Of a stretch of 64,000 nt of DNA, positions 11,067 through 20,550 are shown one piece after another. Both the position numbers and the translations under genes were made by a program. Origin of the DNA: an uncultured Pseudomonadota bacterium. GTDB lineage: Bacteria > Oederibacteriota > Muellerivitia > Muellerivitales > Muellerivitaceae. The notes beneath the pieces are model-generated. The model was not told the origin of the DNA. It was given only the letters and a program-made list of their open reading frames with translations, and made no database searches. Within the stretch, counting starts at the first letter, position 1. Each line of letters starts with the position of its first letter. The stretch is from positions 288,001 to 352,000 of the forward strand of contig CAWJKT010000004.1 in the NCBI GenBank assembly GCA_963843375.1, in the 5' to 3' direction.

Positions 11067-11825
11067 ATGCCCGAATCCTCAGCCCATATCGTAATCGGCA
11101 CCCCCTGTTACGGGGGACAAGTCACCGGTTTTTACGCCCAGTCCCTCGTGTCTTTAAAGGAAGCCTGCCACTATCGTGGAAACGTGGATTTCAGCCTCTG
11201 CATGATTTTGGGAGACGCCCTCATTCCGAGGGCACGGCAAGACATCGTCGCCCGGTTTCTGGCAAATTCTGCAGCCACCCATCTTCTCTTCATCGACGCG
11301 GATATCGGTTTTGAGCCGGGGCAGGTATTTCGGCTGTTGGATTTTGACAGCGATATTGTGGCCGGAGTCTATCCCGTCAAGCGCATCGATTGGAATAAAG
11401 TGGCGGCACTGGCGAAAGCGGGGGTCGCTCGCATTGAAACGGCGTCCCTTTCTTATGTCGTAGGGGTGGAGGATCCTAAAAAAATTCCCTTTAAGAACGG
11501 GTTCGCCCAAGTCCGTTACGCTGGAACCGGCTTCATGATGATCAAGCGCCGGGTTTTGGAAAAGATGAGTGAGCATTACCCCCAACTGCGTTATACCACC
11601 CAGTTCGCCGACAAGGACTCCCTGACGCAAAACCCCCACCGCACCGCGTTGTTCAACTGTATCCTGGACGAGAAAAACAGTTCTTACCTGAGCGAGGACT
11701 TCAGTTTTTGCAAGCGTTGGACCGACATGGGCGGCGAAATATGGGCCGACCTGACCAGCCGCCTCACTCACGTGGGGATGGTGGCTTTTGAAGGGGACAT
11801 GGGAGTCCACATTCCTCAGGCCTAA
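11067..11825 (+). CDS. Putative GT-A-fold glycosyltransferase-like protein
   Basis: TPCYGG, RAR..IVA.FL, THLLFIDAD (DxD), GTGFMMIKR, SEDFSFCKRW. Confidence 0.65.
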   Translation: MPESSAHIVIGTPCYGGQVTGFYAQSLVSLKEACHYRGNVDFSLCMILGDALIPRARQDIVARFLANSAATHLLFIDADIGFEPGQVFRLLDFDSDIVAGVYPVKRIDWNKVAALAKAGVARIETASLSYVVGVEDPKKIPFKNGFAQVRYAGTGFMMIKRRVLEKMSEHYPQLRYTTQFADKDSLTQNPHRTALFNCILDEKNSSYLSEDFSFCKRWTDMGGEIWADLTSRLTHVGMVAFEGDMGVHIPQA

Positions 11826-11877
11826 GATCCATTGGTTTAGATAAAGCCAAAATACCGTTGGTCCAGTAAATCTTTAT

Positions 11878-12471
11878 CTATTGCTTTGAGAGCGCCAAAG
11901 CTTCCTTTTCTTTTTTCGCTTCCCTTCGTTCGATTTCTCGTTTCATCTGGACCATTAGATCCTCCGTACTCTGCCGGAAAAGATCAGGGGTCACGAAATG
12001 CGGCGTATGGGCGTTTTTCTCCGCTTCCAATTCATAGGTGACGACCGAAGAGGTACCTGAAGGGTCCGACTTGATTTTCCACGATCCCTGGTAAAGCTTG
12101 AAACTTTTTTGGCTGATTTCCTGAAGGGAAAGCCCGCTAAAGGGGTTTTCGTGGACTTTTAAAAGGCCCTTGATCTCCTCGCGAATAAAAAGAAATCCGC
12201 CTCCCACCGTCTGTTGGACCAAAAGATCGTCCCCATCTTGTTGACGGATATGGCAATGCATATTGGAGATGAATCTCGAGAAATGGTCGTAATCGGTCAG
12301 GACCTGCCAGACCACCTGCGGGTCAGCGGTGACGTTAAAGGCGCCCTTGAAGTTATAGTGGTCCTCCTCCTGGCGAAAGGTAAATTGAACCTGGCCATGG
12401 CCAAGTTCGGCTGCCTTAACTGGCATGGACAGAAGCCCGGTTAAGAAAACCGTCATTAAAAATGGACGCAA
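11878..12471 (-). CDS. Exported SRPBCC/START (polyketide cyclase-like) domain protein
   Basis: ADPQVVWQVLTDYD.F..FI and Y.G.W.I motifs; TTG start at 12471 after AGGAGG, followed by a signal-peptide-like segment. Confidence 0.7.
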   Translation of the reverse strand: MRPFLMTVFLTGLLSMPVKAAELGHGQVQFTFRQEEDHYNFKGAFNVTADPQVVWQVLTDYDHFSRFISNMHCHIRQQDGDDLLVQQTVGGGFLFIREEIKGLLKVHENPFSGLSLQEISQKSFKLYQGSWKIKSDPSGTSSVVTYELEAEKNAHTPHFVTPDLFRQSTEDLMVQMKREIERREAKKEKEALALSKQ

Positions 12472-12895
12472 GAAGATACCTCCTTTTTTTATAGAACTTA
12501 TTTTATCAGAATAAAAAGAAGTCCCCGAAACGGAATGAGATGACGTTTTAGGAATGGTCGTTCCGATCACCCCTGTTTTTTGGAACCAAGTGGGAGTTCT
12601 CCAAAATCTCTCAATTCTTTGCGTTAGGACCGGGTAAATTTTAAAAATCGGCAAGTAAAGCCCTTTATACCCGCAAAATAAACGGGCCCATCGGATGAGT
12701 TTGTTAAGCCTAAATTTTGGTGATAAACTCAAGACTCGGTTTCAACTCCTTTACCCCGTTCATTCAGAAAGTTGTTAATCCAGCCTTGAAGGGCGATTCA
12801 TCAAAATGCGGGTCTACCTATCAAATTTCATTGGCGGGGGAAAATCCCTAATTCTCCGTAAAGAGAGTATGGAGGTTTTTACTTTCTCAGTTTTA

Positions 12896-13798
12896 ATGAG
12901 GGCCGTCGGGCGGATGTTGAAAGTATTTCGGATTTCAGCGTTTCTATGGTTTATTGGCTTTGCCGCTGTTCAAGCCCAATTAGTTGTCGGTGAAACTGGC
13001 AACCTTTCTGTCACCTGGGTGAACGGGTCGACGGCCTATAGCGGAGCCACAATTACGGCTACGGTCCCTTCCGACTTCACTTATAACTCCTGCACCGGCG
13101 GCGTCACCTGCTCTGATGTTGGAGGAGTTGTCACTTGGGATATCGGAAACTTATTGCCGGGAGAGGCAGTCACGGTTTTCTATAATTTGACCGTTAGTTC
13201 TTGCGCGACCAATTCGGTCACCATTCAGAGTGTCGTGGGGGCTTCTTCCCCGGCAACGGAATCAAACAACTCTCCCTTGATTTATACTGTCGACTGCCTG
13301 ACCGATACACCGACCGTCACCCCGACGGTTACCTCCACACCGACCATCACTCCTACCGCAACGATCACCTCCACCCCGACTAACACTTCAACCCCCACGA
13401 TCACCTTTACTCCTACAATCACGTTTACTCCGACTAATACCTACACTTTCACGAACACCTTTACGGCCACTTCCACTCCCACAATCACGAATACGTTTAC
13501 GGTAACCCCCACGCCTACTCCTACCTGCGTCACCCATGTTTGGCCAGACCCCTTTAACCCGAAATACGCCGTGTCGGGATTGTTGAACTTGAGCTGTATC
13601 CCGCCGGGGGCAACGGTTTTCTTTTACACCATTTCAGGGGAGTTGGCTAATAGCATGCCGGAAACGGGTGGAATGGTGCAGTGGAACGGACGAAATCGAA
13701 GCGGGGTTCTAATTTCGTCCGGCGTTTACTACTACGTTATTAAGGTGGGCAATCAGACGGAAGGAACCGGCAAGTTTCTGGTGAATCAGGGGTCTTGA
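12896..13798 (+). CDS. Secreted DUF11-like domain + Thr/Pro stalk + FlgD-Ig/T9SS-CTD-like domain (start uncertain, 12869-12914)
   Basis: Signal peptide ending AVQA; VTWDIGNLLPGE; TPT repeats; C-terminal WPDPFNP..YTISGEL..WNGRN..G..SSGVYYY. Confidence 0.75.
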   Translation: MRAVGRMLKVFRISAFLWFIGFAAVQAQLVVGETGNLSVTWVNGSTAYSGATITATVPSDFTYNSCTGGVTCSDVGGVVTWDIGNLLPGEAVTVFYNLTVSSCATNSVTIQSVVGASSPATESNNSPLIYTVDCLTDTPTVTPTVTSTPTITPTATITSTPTNTSTPTITFTPTITFTPTNTYTFTNTFTATSTPTITNTFTVTPTPTPTCVTHVWPDPFNPKYAVSGLLNLSCIPPGATVFFYTISGELANSMPETGGMVQWNGRNRSGVLISSGVYYYVIKVGNQTEGTGKFLVNQGS

Positions 13799-13832
13799 GA
13801 GATGAAAGATTAACCTTTTAAAGGAATCCACG

Positions 13833-14735
13833 TTGAAAATAATACTTTGTTTTATCGTAGGGTTCTTTCTTTGCCCGGCCGTTTGGTCTGAGGATGTTAA
13901 GCCCCCTGTTCCGGTTCCGTCCGGGGATGAAAGTTTACCGACGCCGGTGGATTTGAGTTCCTTGACGCCTTTGCCCCCCCAACCGACGGATACGCCTACA
14001 TCGATTCCTCTGACACACAAAGTTCAAATCCCCACCTCCTCCACAAGTTCAGGGCAACCCTCCCCACCGACAGTTTCGGCAAGCTCACCGCAGGCTCCCG
14101 AATTTTCTCCCACGTCTGAACCCAAAACAACGGCCCTGACGGTATCTTCCCTGGCTGAATCGGGGATGACCGGCGCAGCCCCCTCGGCGGGCGCCTTAAC
14201 GGATTACTTCCCAGTGGCCGAGGGAGCCCAAAAGTTTTACGAATATTTGCAGCCAACCATTGAAGAGTCGGCTCGCTTCTCAGTGAAATGCGTCAGCGTC
14301 AAAGTGATGCCCAATGGAACAATCCGCATTGTTCTGGAAACCACGGAGGGTGGGCAGTCAACAAGGGACCACTATTCCCTCTACGACAACAAGGTTGAGC
14401 ACAAGGCCACTGGCGACCAGGCCTTTACCGGAGACTACGCCTTCAAGCTGCCCAAGCCGGGAGGAACGGCTTCATGGTCAGTAACTGAAACAAACGGAAC
14501 GGTTCACAATTCCAAGTCCTCCTTCGGGCAAGCCCAGGTGAGCCAGAAAACCTATCCTGATTGCGTGGTCGTGACCGAAAAAGTGACTAAGGACGGCAAG
14601 CTGGAGAACACGGTTATTTACTATTACGCCAAAGGAATGGGCCTGGTGTCGATGGAGGTTTATTCCCCGGACATGAAACTGTTACAGGACAAATCTTACG
14701 CCCTTCAGCAAGCTAACGAAGGGGCTGCGAAGTAA
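13833..14735 (+). CDS. Secreted hypothetical protein, Pro/Ser linker + beta-rich domain
   Basis: TTG after AAGGA; signal peptide ..PAVWS; DYFPV..G and YYYAKGMGLV motifs. Confidence 0.6.
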   Translation: MKIILCFIVGFFLCPAVWSEDVKPPVPVPSGDESLPTPVDLSSLTPLPPQPTDTPTSIPLTHKVQIPTSSTSSGQPSPPTVSASSPQAPEFSPTSEPKTTALTVSSLAESGMTGAAPSAGALTDYFPVAEGAQKFYEYLQPTIEESARFSVKCVSVKVMPNGTIRIVLETTEGGQSTRDHYSLYDNKVEHKATGDQAFTGDYAFKLPKPGGTASWSVTETNGTVHNSKSSFGQAQVSQKTYPDCVVVTEKVTKDGKLENTVIYYYAKGMGLVSMEVYSPDMKLLQDKSYALQQANEGAAK

Positions 14736-15032
14736 AAAATTTAACGAATTTATGGTATTTTTTATCTTTTGGGCCACCATCAGTTGTGTTTAGGGTTAAC
14801 GGAACAAAAACTTTTCGGTTCGGTTGAATCCTTAATTTATTCACGGAAGTTTTTTATCCTTTAACGCCCTAAAAGGGTTGCGATTGCGGTATTTTTGCGA
14901 GTATCATGCTTCCCCTGGCCTCCATCCAATCAAGGATATTCCCTGATTTACTGAGTTCCGAGGCTTTTGGCGGTTCCCAAGGTTTTTCCAGGCCGCTTTA
15001 TTATTTCAAATTTTTGAGGAGGATAGGTTTCC

Positions 15033-16856
15033 ATGGAAAATGAAATTATCGTAGGTATCGGTGGCGCGGCCGGAGATGGCGGGGCGTCCACAGGGGATAA
15101 CCTGGCTTTGACCAGCGCCCGGCAAGGCCTCCATGTTTATGTTTACACAAGTTACCAATCCCTGATCCGTGGCGGTCATTCCTGGATACGCCTCAGGATA
15201 TCCCACAAGAGTGTCTCAAATGTCGGTGACCAGGTCGGGGCCATGATCGCCCTTAATCAAGATTCAGTGGATCGCCACCTGCAGGAACTGAAATCCGGCG
15301 GTGTTTGCGTTTATAACGGCGACAAAGTGAAACCTGGCAAGGCCCCCGAGGGTGTGCAACTCTGCCCCCTTCCTGTTTTCGAACTGGCGGGTAAGGACGC
15401 CCTTCCGATTATGCAAAATACGGTTGCTCTTGGAGCCTTGACTGGACTTTTGGGACTTGAATTCAACTCGCTCTCTTCTGTCTTTGAACACACTTTTAAG
15501 AAGAAACCCCAAGTCGTGAAAGCCAACATTGACGCCGCCAAAGCGGGGTTCGATTTCGCCATCAAGACTTATAAGAAAGTTCCCAACCCACTTGGAAAGA
15601 CCAGCGCCAAGCTGGCCATGGTGCACGGTAACAATATGCTGGCCCTCGGCGCGGCGAACGCCGGCTGTAAAGTTTATTGCGCCTATCCCATGAGCCCGGC
15701 TTCGGGTGTTCTTCACTGGATGGCAGGCCATGGAAAAGAATTGGGAATTTGTGTTCGCCAAGTGGAAGATGAGATAGGCGTGGCCAACATGACGATCGGT
15801 GCGGGCCAAATGGGAGTGCGCGCTATGTGCGCCACCTCCGGGGGCGGATTTGCCCTCATGACTGAGGCGATCGGCATGGCCTCCATCATGGAAATCCCTG
15901 TTGTCATGATCAACGTCATGCGCGGCGGGCCTTCCACGGGCCTTCCCACCAAACAGGAACAAGGTGACCTGAACCAAGCCATCGGAGCCTCCCAAGGCGA
16001 CTTCCAACGCACGATTATTGCTCCCACCTCCATCGGGGATTGTTACACCACCATGGAAGAGGCTTTCAACCTGGCTGAGAAATTCCAGATGCCAGTTCTC
16101 ATCCTTTCCGACCTCTTGATGAGCGAGGGGCATATGACCCTCGAAACCTCCTTCTTGGACCGCGAATTCAAGATCGACCGAGGGGAAATGATCTTTGAGG
16201 ACGATGGCAAACCCAAGACTTATCTTCGTTATAAAGACACTCCCTCGGGTGTTTCCCCCCGGGCCATCCCCGGTCTTCCGAACCACCTTTACGTATCCGC
16301 CACCGACGAACACGACGAGGACGGCGTTACCATCTCCGACGTTTATACCGATCCCGTTACCCGCAAAAAAGTCGTGGACAAGCGCGAACGCAAAATGCAG
16401 GGCGTCTTGAATTACTTGCCCAAGCCGGTATTGGAAGGGCCGGCGGATGCCGACACCACGATCGTCACTTACGGGTCCACTTATGGAGCCGCTAGCGAGG
16501 CGGTGGAGCGATTGAACAAAGAGGGAGTGAAGTGCAATCACCTCTCGATTAAATTCCTGGTGCCTTTCCAAGAGAAGGAAGTCACCGCTCTTTTGAAGAA
16601 CAAGAAAAACATTATCGTCGTGGAAATGAACAAGTCGGGCCAATTCGCCCGTCATTTGCGCGCCGAAACCGGCATTACCGCCACCGGAAATGTTCGTAAG
16701 TACGATGGAGAGCCCTTTGAGCCCAAGCATATTGTCGCGGGGATCAAAGATATCCTGAAGGGCAAGCACTTGGTCGAAGCCGAATCGCTTGAACCCGGCT
16801 GGCGCACCCCCCATCCACCAGGACCGGGAGTTTTGTCCACCGCATCCACGCATTAA
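15033..16856 (+). CDS. korA: 2-oxoacid:ferredoxin oxidoreductase alpha subunit (fused gamma-alpha)
   Basis: GGAAGDG, SLIRGGH, AYPMSPAS, EDEI, TSGGGF.LM.E, RGGPSTGLPTK.EQGD. Confidence 0.9.
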   Translation: MENEIIVGIGGAAGDGGASTGDNLALTSARQGLHVYVYTSYQSLIRGGHSWIRLRISHKSVSNVGDQVGAMIALNQDSVDRHLQELKSGGVCVYNGDKVKPGKAPEGVQLCPLPVFELAGKDALPIMQNTVALGALTGLLGLEFNSLSSVFEHTFKKKPQVVKANIDAAKAGFDFAIKTYKKVPNPLGKTSAKLAMVHGNNMLALGAANAGCKVYCAYPMSPASGVLHWMAGHGKELGICVRQVEDEIGVANMTIGAGQMGVRAMCATSGGGFALMTEAIGMASIMEIPVVMINVMRGGPSTGLPTKQEQGDLNQAIGASQGDFQRTIIAPTSIGDCYTTMEEAFNLAEKFQMPVLILSDLLMSEGHMTLETSFLDREFKIDRGEMIFEDDGKPKTYLRYKDTPSGVSPRAIPGLPNHLYVSATDEHDEDGVTISDVYTDPVTRKKVVDKRERKMQGVLNYLPKPVLEGPADADTTIVTYGSTYGAASEAVERLNKEGVKCNHLSIKFLVPFQEKEVTALLKNKKNIIVVEMNKSGQFARHLRAETGITATGNVRKYDGEPFEPKHIVAGIKDILKGKHLVEAESLEPGWRTPHPPGPGVLSTASTH

Positions 16857-16903
16857 TTTTTATTAACCATGCCCCTCCGGGGGCCAACTTTTAGGAGGCA
16901 ATT

Positions 16904-17800
16904 ATGGCGACAGCAGTGGTAGCAGCACCCAGGGACGCAAAACTTTATAAACCGGAAATCCCGCCCGATTGGTGTCCGGGTTGCGGGGATTACGGCGTTT
17001 TGACCGTACTCCAGCGCGCCTGCGGTGAACTGGGAATCCCCAACGAGCAATTGATGGTAGTGTCGGGCATCGGATGCTCCTCCAACCTGCCGGGTTTCTT
17101 TAGGTCTTATGGCATGCATTCCCTGCATGGACGTTCCTTGCCGGTGGCTACCGGGGCGAAAATGGCCAACCACGAGATGACCGTCATCGCCTGCGGGGGA
17201 GACGGAGACGGCTACGGCATCGGCCAAGGTCATTTTATTCATTCCATGCGTCGTAACGTCAACATGACCTATATCGTCATGGACAACGAGATCTACGGCT
17301 TGACCACCGGCCAAACATCCCCGACTTCCGAACCGGGAATGAAGACCAAGTCCACCCCCAACGGAAATCCTGAAGGGCAGTTGAATCCTATTGCCTTGGC
17401 GCTTGCCGGAGGCTGCGGGTTCGTGGCGCGAGGGTTTTCCGGTGATATCAATCACTTGAAGAGTCTTTATACCCAGGCCATCCAATATCCGGGTTTTGCC
17501 CTGATTGACGTGTTCAGCCCCTGCGTCACTTTTAATAAACAGAACACCTTTGGTTGGTTCAAGGAACGTGTTTACAAGCTGGAAGACAAGGGCCATAACC
17601 CTAGCGATTGGAATAAGGCCATGGAACATTCCAAAGAATGGGGCGCCCAGATTCCGATCGGTGTGTTCTATAAAAATCCGGAACCAAAACCCTCCATCGA
17701 CGCGGCAGATCCGGCACTTCAAGGCCAAGGTTTGGCCAAAACGAAGAAGCTGGGTTTAACGGCGGAGCAACGCAAAAAGTTGATTGAAGAATACGTTTAA
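16904..17800 (+). CDS. korB: 2-oxoacid:ferredoxin oxidoreductase beta subunit (TPP-binding)
   Basis: WCPGCGD, SGIGCS, LHGR, GGDGD..IG, DN.IYGLT.GQ.SPT, SPCVTFN. Confidence 0.92.
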   Translation: MATAVVAAPRDAKLYKPEIPPDWCPGCGDYGVLTVLQRACGELGIPNEQLMVVSGIGCSSNLPGFFRSYGMHSLHGRSLPVATGAKMANHEMTVIACGGDGDGYGIGQGHFIHSMRRNVNMTYIVMDNEIYGLTTGQTSPTSEPGMKTKSTPNGNPEGQLNPIALALAGGCGFVARGFSGDINHLKSLYTQAIQYPGFALIDVFSPCVTFNKQNTFGWFKERVYKLEDKGHNPSDWNKAMEHSKEWGAQIPIGVFYKNPEPKPSIDAADPALQGQGLAKTKKLGLTAEQRKKLIEEYV

Positions 17801-17822
17801 GTTTTAAAGCAACAAGTATGAC

Positions 17823-17862
17823 AAAAGGCCTTTCTTAACAAAGAAGGGCCTTTTCTTTTTTT
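17823..17862 (+). terminator. Intrinsic terminator after korB
   Basis: AAAAGGCCTTTCTT-AACA-AAGAAGGGCCTTTT followed by a T run. Confidence 0.8.
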
Positions 17863-17917
17863 AGCGGGATTGGGTAAAATGCAACGGTTCCAGTAATGAC
17901 CTTTAAGGGGTTCTTTC

Positions 17918-18364
17918 TTGCCTCACGTGATCCTCGATAACTGCATAGGATGCACCCTCTGCGCGGTGAAATGTCCCACCGAAGCTATTGCGGGTGAAAA
18001 GAAATCCATATTTCACATTGATCCGGATCTCTGCATTGACTGTGGCGTCTGCGGCATCCACTGCCCGGTTGAGGCCATCATTAATCCCGAGGGCGAGACT
18101 GTCAAAAAGATCAAGCCCCTCCAAATTCCAAAAGCCAAGGTTGATCCGGTCACTTGCACGGCTTGCGAGTTTTGTGTGGATGTTTGTCCCTTTGATTGTA
18201 TCTCCATGCAACCCCGTACCGACCATCCAGAGTTCTTCAAAATCGCCGTTGTCGACGAGAAAAAGTGTGTCAGTTGCAAGCTTTGCGAGACCGTGTGTAT
18301 AAAGGGGAGCATCACCGTGGACCGCCCGGCGGAATTGATGAGCTACCAGCCCAATCCCCGTTGA
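17918..18364 (+). CDS. Polyferredoxin with four 4Fe-4S motifs
   Basis: CIGCTLCAVKCP, CIDCGVCGIHCP, CTACEFCVDVCP, CVSCKLCETVC. Confidence 0.88.
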   Translation: MPHVILDNCIGCTLCAVKCPTEAIAGEKKSIFHIDPDLCIDCGVCGIHCPVEAIINPEGETVKKIKPLQIPKAKVDPVTCTACEFCVDVCPFDCISMQPRTDHPEFFKIAVVDEKKCVSCKLCETVCIKGSITVDRPAELMSYQPNPR

Positions 18365-18423
18365 CCGGTTATGCTGTTAGAGATGGGTTTTGAATTGGAA
18401 GTTTTGAGTCCAGCGGGATGAGG

Positions 18424-18448
18424 AAACGAACCTGAGGTTCGTTTTTTT
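18424..18448 (+). terminator. Intrinsic terminator after ferredoxin
   Basis: AAACGAACC-TGA-GGTTCGTTT plus T run. Confidence 0.65.
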
Positions 18449-18553
18449 CGTTTGATGGCCCTTTATGTTTTAGGTCATAGAAGGGGTGTTTGAATCCAAG
18501 TAAAGTCGTGGCCTGTTCGTCCTAAAAATCGTTGAGAAAGCGGGAGGGTTTCC

Positions 18554-19543
18554 ATGGCGGAAGAAATATTCGACATCATCATCATTGGTGGCGGTCCCAC
18601 AGGAATGTTTGGCGGATTTTACGCGGGTTTGCGCGGCATGAAATTCAAGATTATCGATTCCCTGGAGCAATTGGGCGGACAGGTTTCCGCTATGTACCCT
18701 GAAAAAGACATTTTTGACGTCGCGGGATTCCCCCGCGTTTCGGGCAAAAAGCTTGTGCAGGACTTGGAGGAGCAGTTGATGCGCTTCAAGCCCGCCCTGG
18801 CTCTGGGAGAGAAAGTCACCGCGCTGGTGAAGCGCCCCGATAATGTTTTCGAATTGGCCACCGACACGGGAAACAAACATCATTGCAAGGCGGTCGTCCT
18901 GACGCTTGGCATGGGCTCCTTCACGCCCAAGAAACATCCGAACCCCGAACTTGCCCCCTTTGAGAACAAGGGCGTGCAATATGGCATCCTTTCCCTGGAG
19001 CCTTTCAAGGGAAAAAGGGCGCTGGTAGTTGGCGGCGGGGACTCCGCTCTGGACTGGGCCCTGATGCTGGAACCCATTTGCTCCAAGGTCACGCTTATCC
19101 ACCGCCGGGACGAGTTCAGAGCCCATGAGGAATCAGTTCGCAAACTGAAAGCCTCCAAGGTGGATATCAAGTTGTGGTATGAGTTGAGGACCGTCAAGGG
19201 CAACGGAAAAGTTGAGGAAGCGGTGGTCTATGAGAACCACACTAATAAAGATGAGTCCCTCCCCATGGATTTCGTGGTTCTTAATTTCGGGTTCCAAGCC
19301 AGCCTGGGCTTCCTGAAGGATTGGGGTATCCAACTGGAGAAGAATAAGATTCCAGTGAACCATAAGATGGAGACCAATGTCCCCGGCATCTATGCCGCGG
19401 GTGACATCGTGACCCACCCGGGAAAGCTGGACTTGATTGCCACTGGTTTCGCCGAGGGGGCCACGGCGGTCAATTTTTCTAAGACCTACATCAATCCTAA
19501 CGAAAAAGCTTCACCGGGCCACAGTTCGAATCTGAAGTGGTGA
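18554..19543 (+). CDS. Ferredoxin-NADP(+) reductase, TrxB-like (YumC type)
   Basis: IIGGGPTG, LGGQ...YPEK.I.DV.GF, GGGDSA.DWA, HRR..FRAHE, K..LIATGF.E, C-terminal PGHSS; lacks the TrxR CxxC. Confidence 0.88.
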   Translation: MAEEIFDIIIIGGGPTGMFGGFYAGLRGMKFKIIDSLEQLGGQVSAMYPEKDIFDVAGFPRVSGKKLVQDLEEQLMRFKPALALGEKVTALVKRPDNVFELATDTGNKHHCKAVVLTLGMGSFTPKKHPNPELAPFENKGVQYGILSLEPFKGKRALVVGGGDSALDWALMLEPICSKVTLIHRRDEFRAHEESVRKLKASKVDIKLWYELRTVKGNGKVEEAVVYENHTNKDESLPMDFVVLNFGFQASLGFLKDWGIQLEKNKIPVNHKMETNVPGIYAAGDIVTHPGKLDLIATGFAEGATAVNFSKTYINPNEKASPGHSSNLKW

Positions 19544-19621
19544 AAAGGGAGCTAATGGCTGTTAGCCTCTCGCCATCGGATAACGACAGGGCTTTCAAAT
19601 AAAAATGTTTTGAGGTGAATT

Positions 19622-20442
19622 ATGTCCATCGACGTGAGGACAAAAAAAGGCTTGTTCTTCACTTTAAGAAAAGACCCTTGGTGGTTAGAACCTCTTTTTT
19701 ACCAATGTCTTTTCGCTGGCTTCACGATTTATGCCACTTGGGCAGCCTTGAACCCTTTTGGTCCCAACGGCCGGCATTTTTATGAATATGGCCCCTATCT
19801 TTCCCCCATGTTTTCCCCTTTTTTCAATCCCGATTGGCTGCACCGGCTCCCGGCAATGTTGGCCACGCCCGCTCTTTTGGTTCTTTGGGCGCCCGCGCGG
19901 ATTCCGGGGAACCTGTTATTACTATCGTAAAGCCTATTACCGTTCCGTCTTCATGGATCCTCCGGGTTGCGCAGTGGGGGAAGCCTGTTTGAAATACCAA
20001 GGCGAAACTAAGTTTTTCATCTTCCAAAACATTCATCGATATTTTTTTTATGTCGCTCTTCTTTTTATTTTCATTCTTTCCTGGGATGGTATCCTGGCCA
20101 TGATGTGGCCCGTCAACGGCATCGCCGCCAACAACAATTGTCTTCCGGGCCCCCGCCAGTTTGGAATCGGCGTGGGAACACTGGTAATGTGCCTGAATGC
20201 CTATCTCTTGGCCGGCTATACGCTGGGATGCCACGCTTTTAGGCACTTAGTGGGCGGCGGGTTGGATTTCCTGCGAGTGCGAGAAAATCACCCTTTGCGC
20301 TTCCTCTTGTGGAGCGTGGTCACCAAGCTTAATGAGCGCCATATGCAATGGGCGCTGGTTTCAATGATCTGGGTGGGATTCACTGATTTTTATATCCGAA
20401 TGTGCGCTATGGGCATATTGGCACGATTTCAGATTTTTTTAA
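19622..20442 (+). CDS. Succinate dehydrogenase membrane anchor, mycobacterial Sdh1 (Rv0249c-like) type; frameshifted (~19898, ~20419)
   Basis: TLR.D.WW, YLSP.FSP, FR.TCYYYRKAYYR, PP.CAV.E, Y.GET, QNIHRY, GCH.FRH, LN.RHM.WA; upstream of sdhA. Confidence 0.8.
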
Positions 20443-20550
20443 CGGGGAGCATATTGGGATTGCGGCCTTTAAGATTTTGTTCCATCAAAATTTTTTGCCG
20501 AACCCGATCATTTTATACTTTCCGTGGTGAAATCAATTCAGGAGAACGAA

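Noticed and set aside
12472..12732. Long N-terminal extension of the SRPBCC ORF
   Set aside because: AGGAGG plus TTG at 12471 gives a better start directly before the signal-like segment.
15264..17728. 529-aa and 291-aa minus-strand ORFs
   Set aside because: Antisense shadows of korA/korB.
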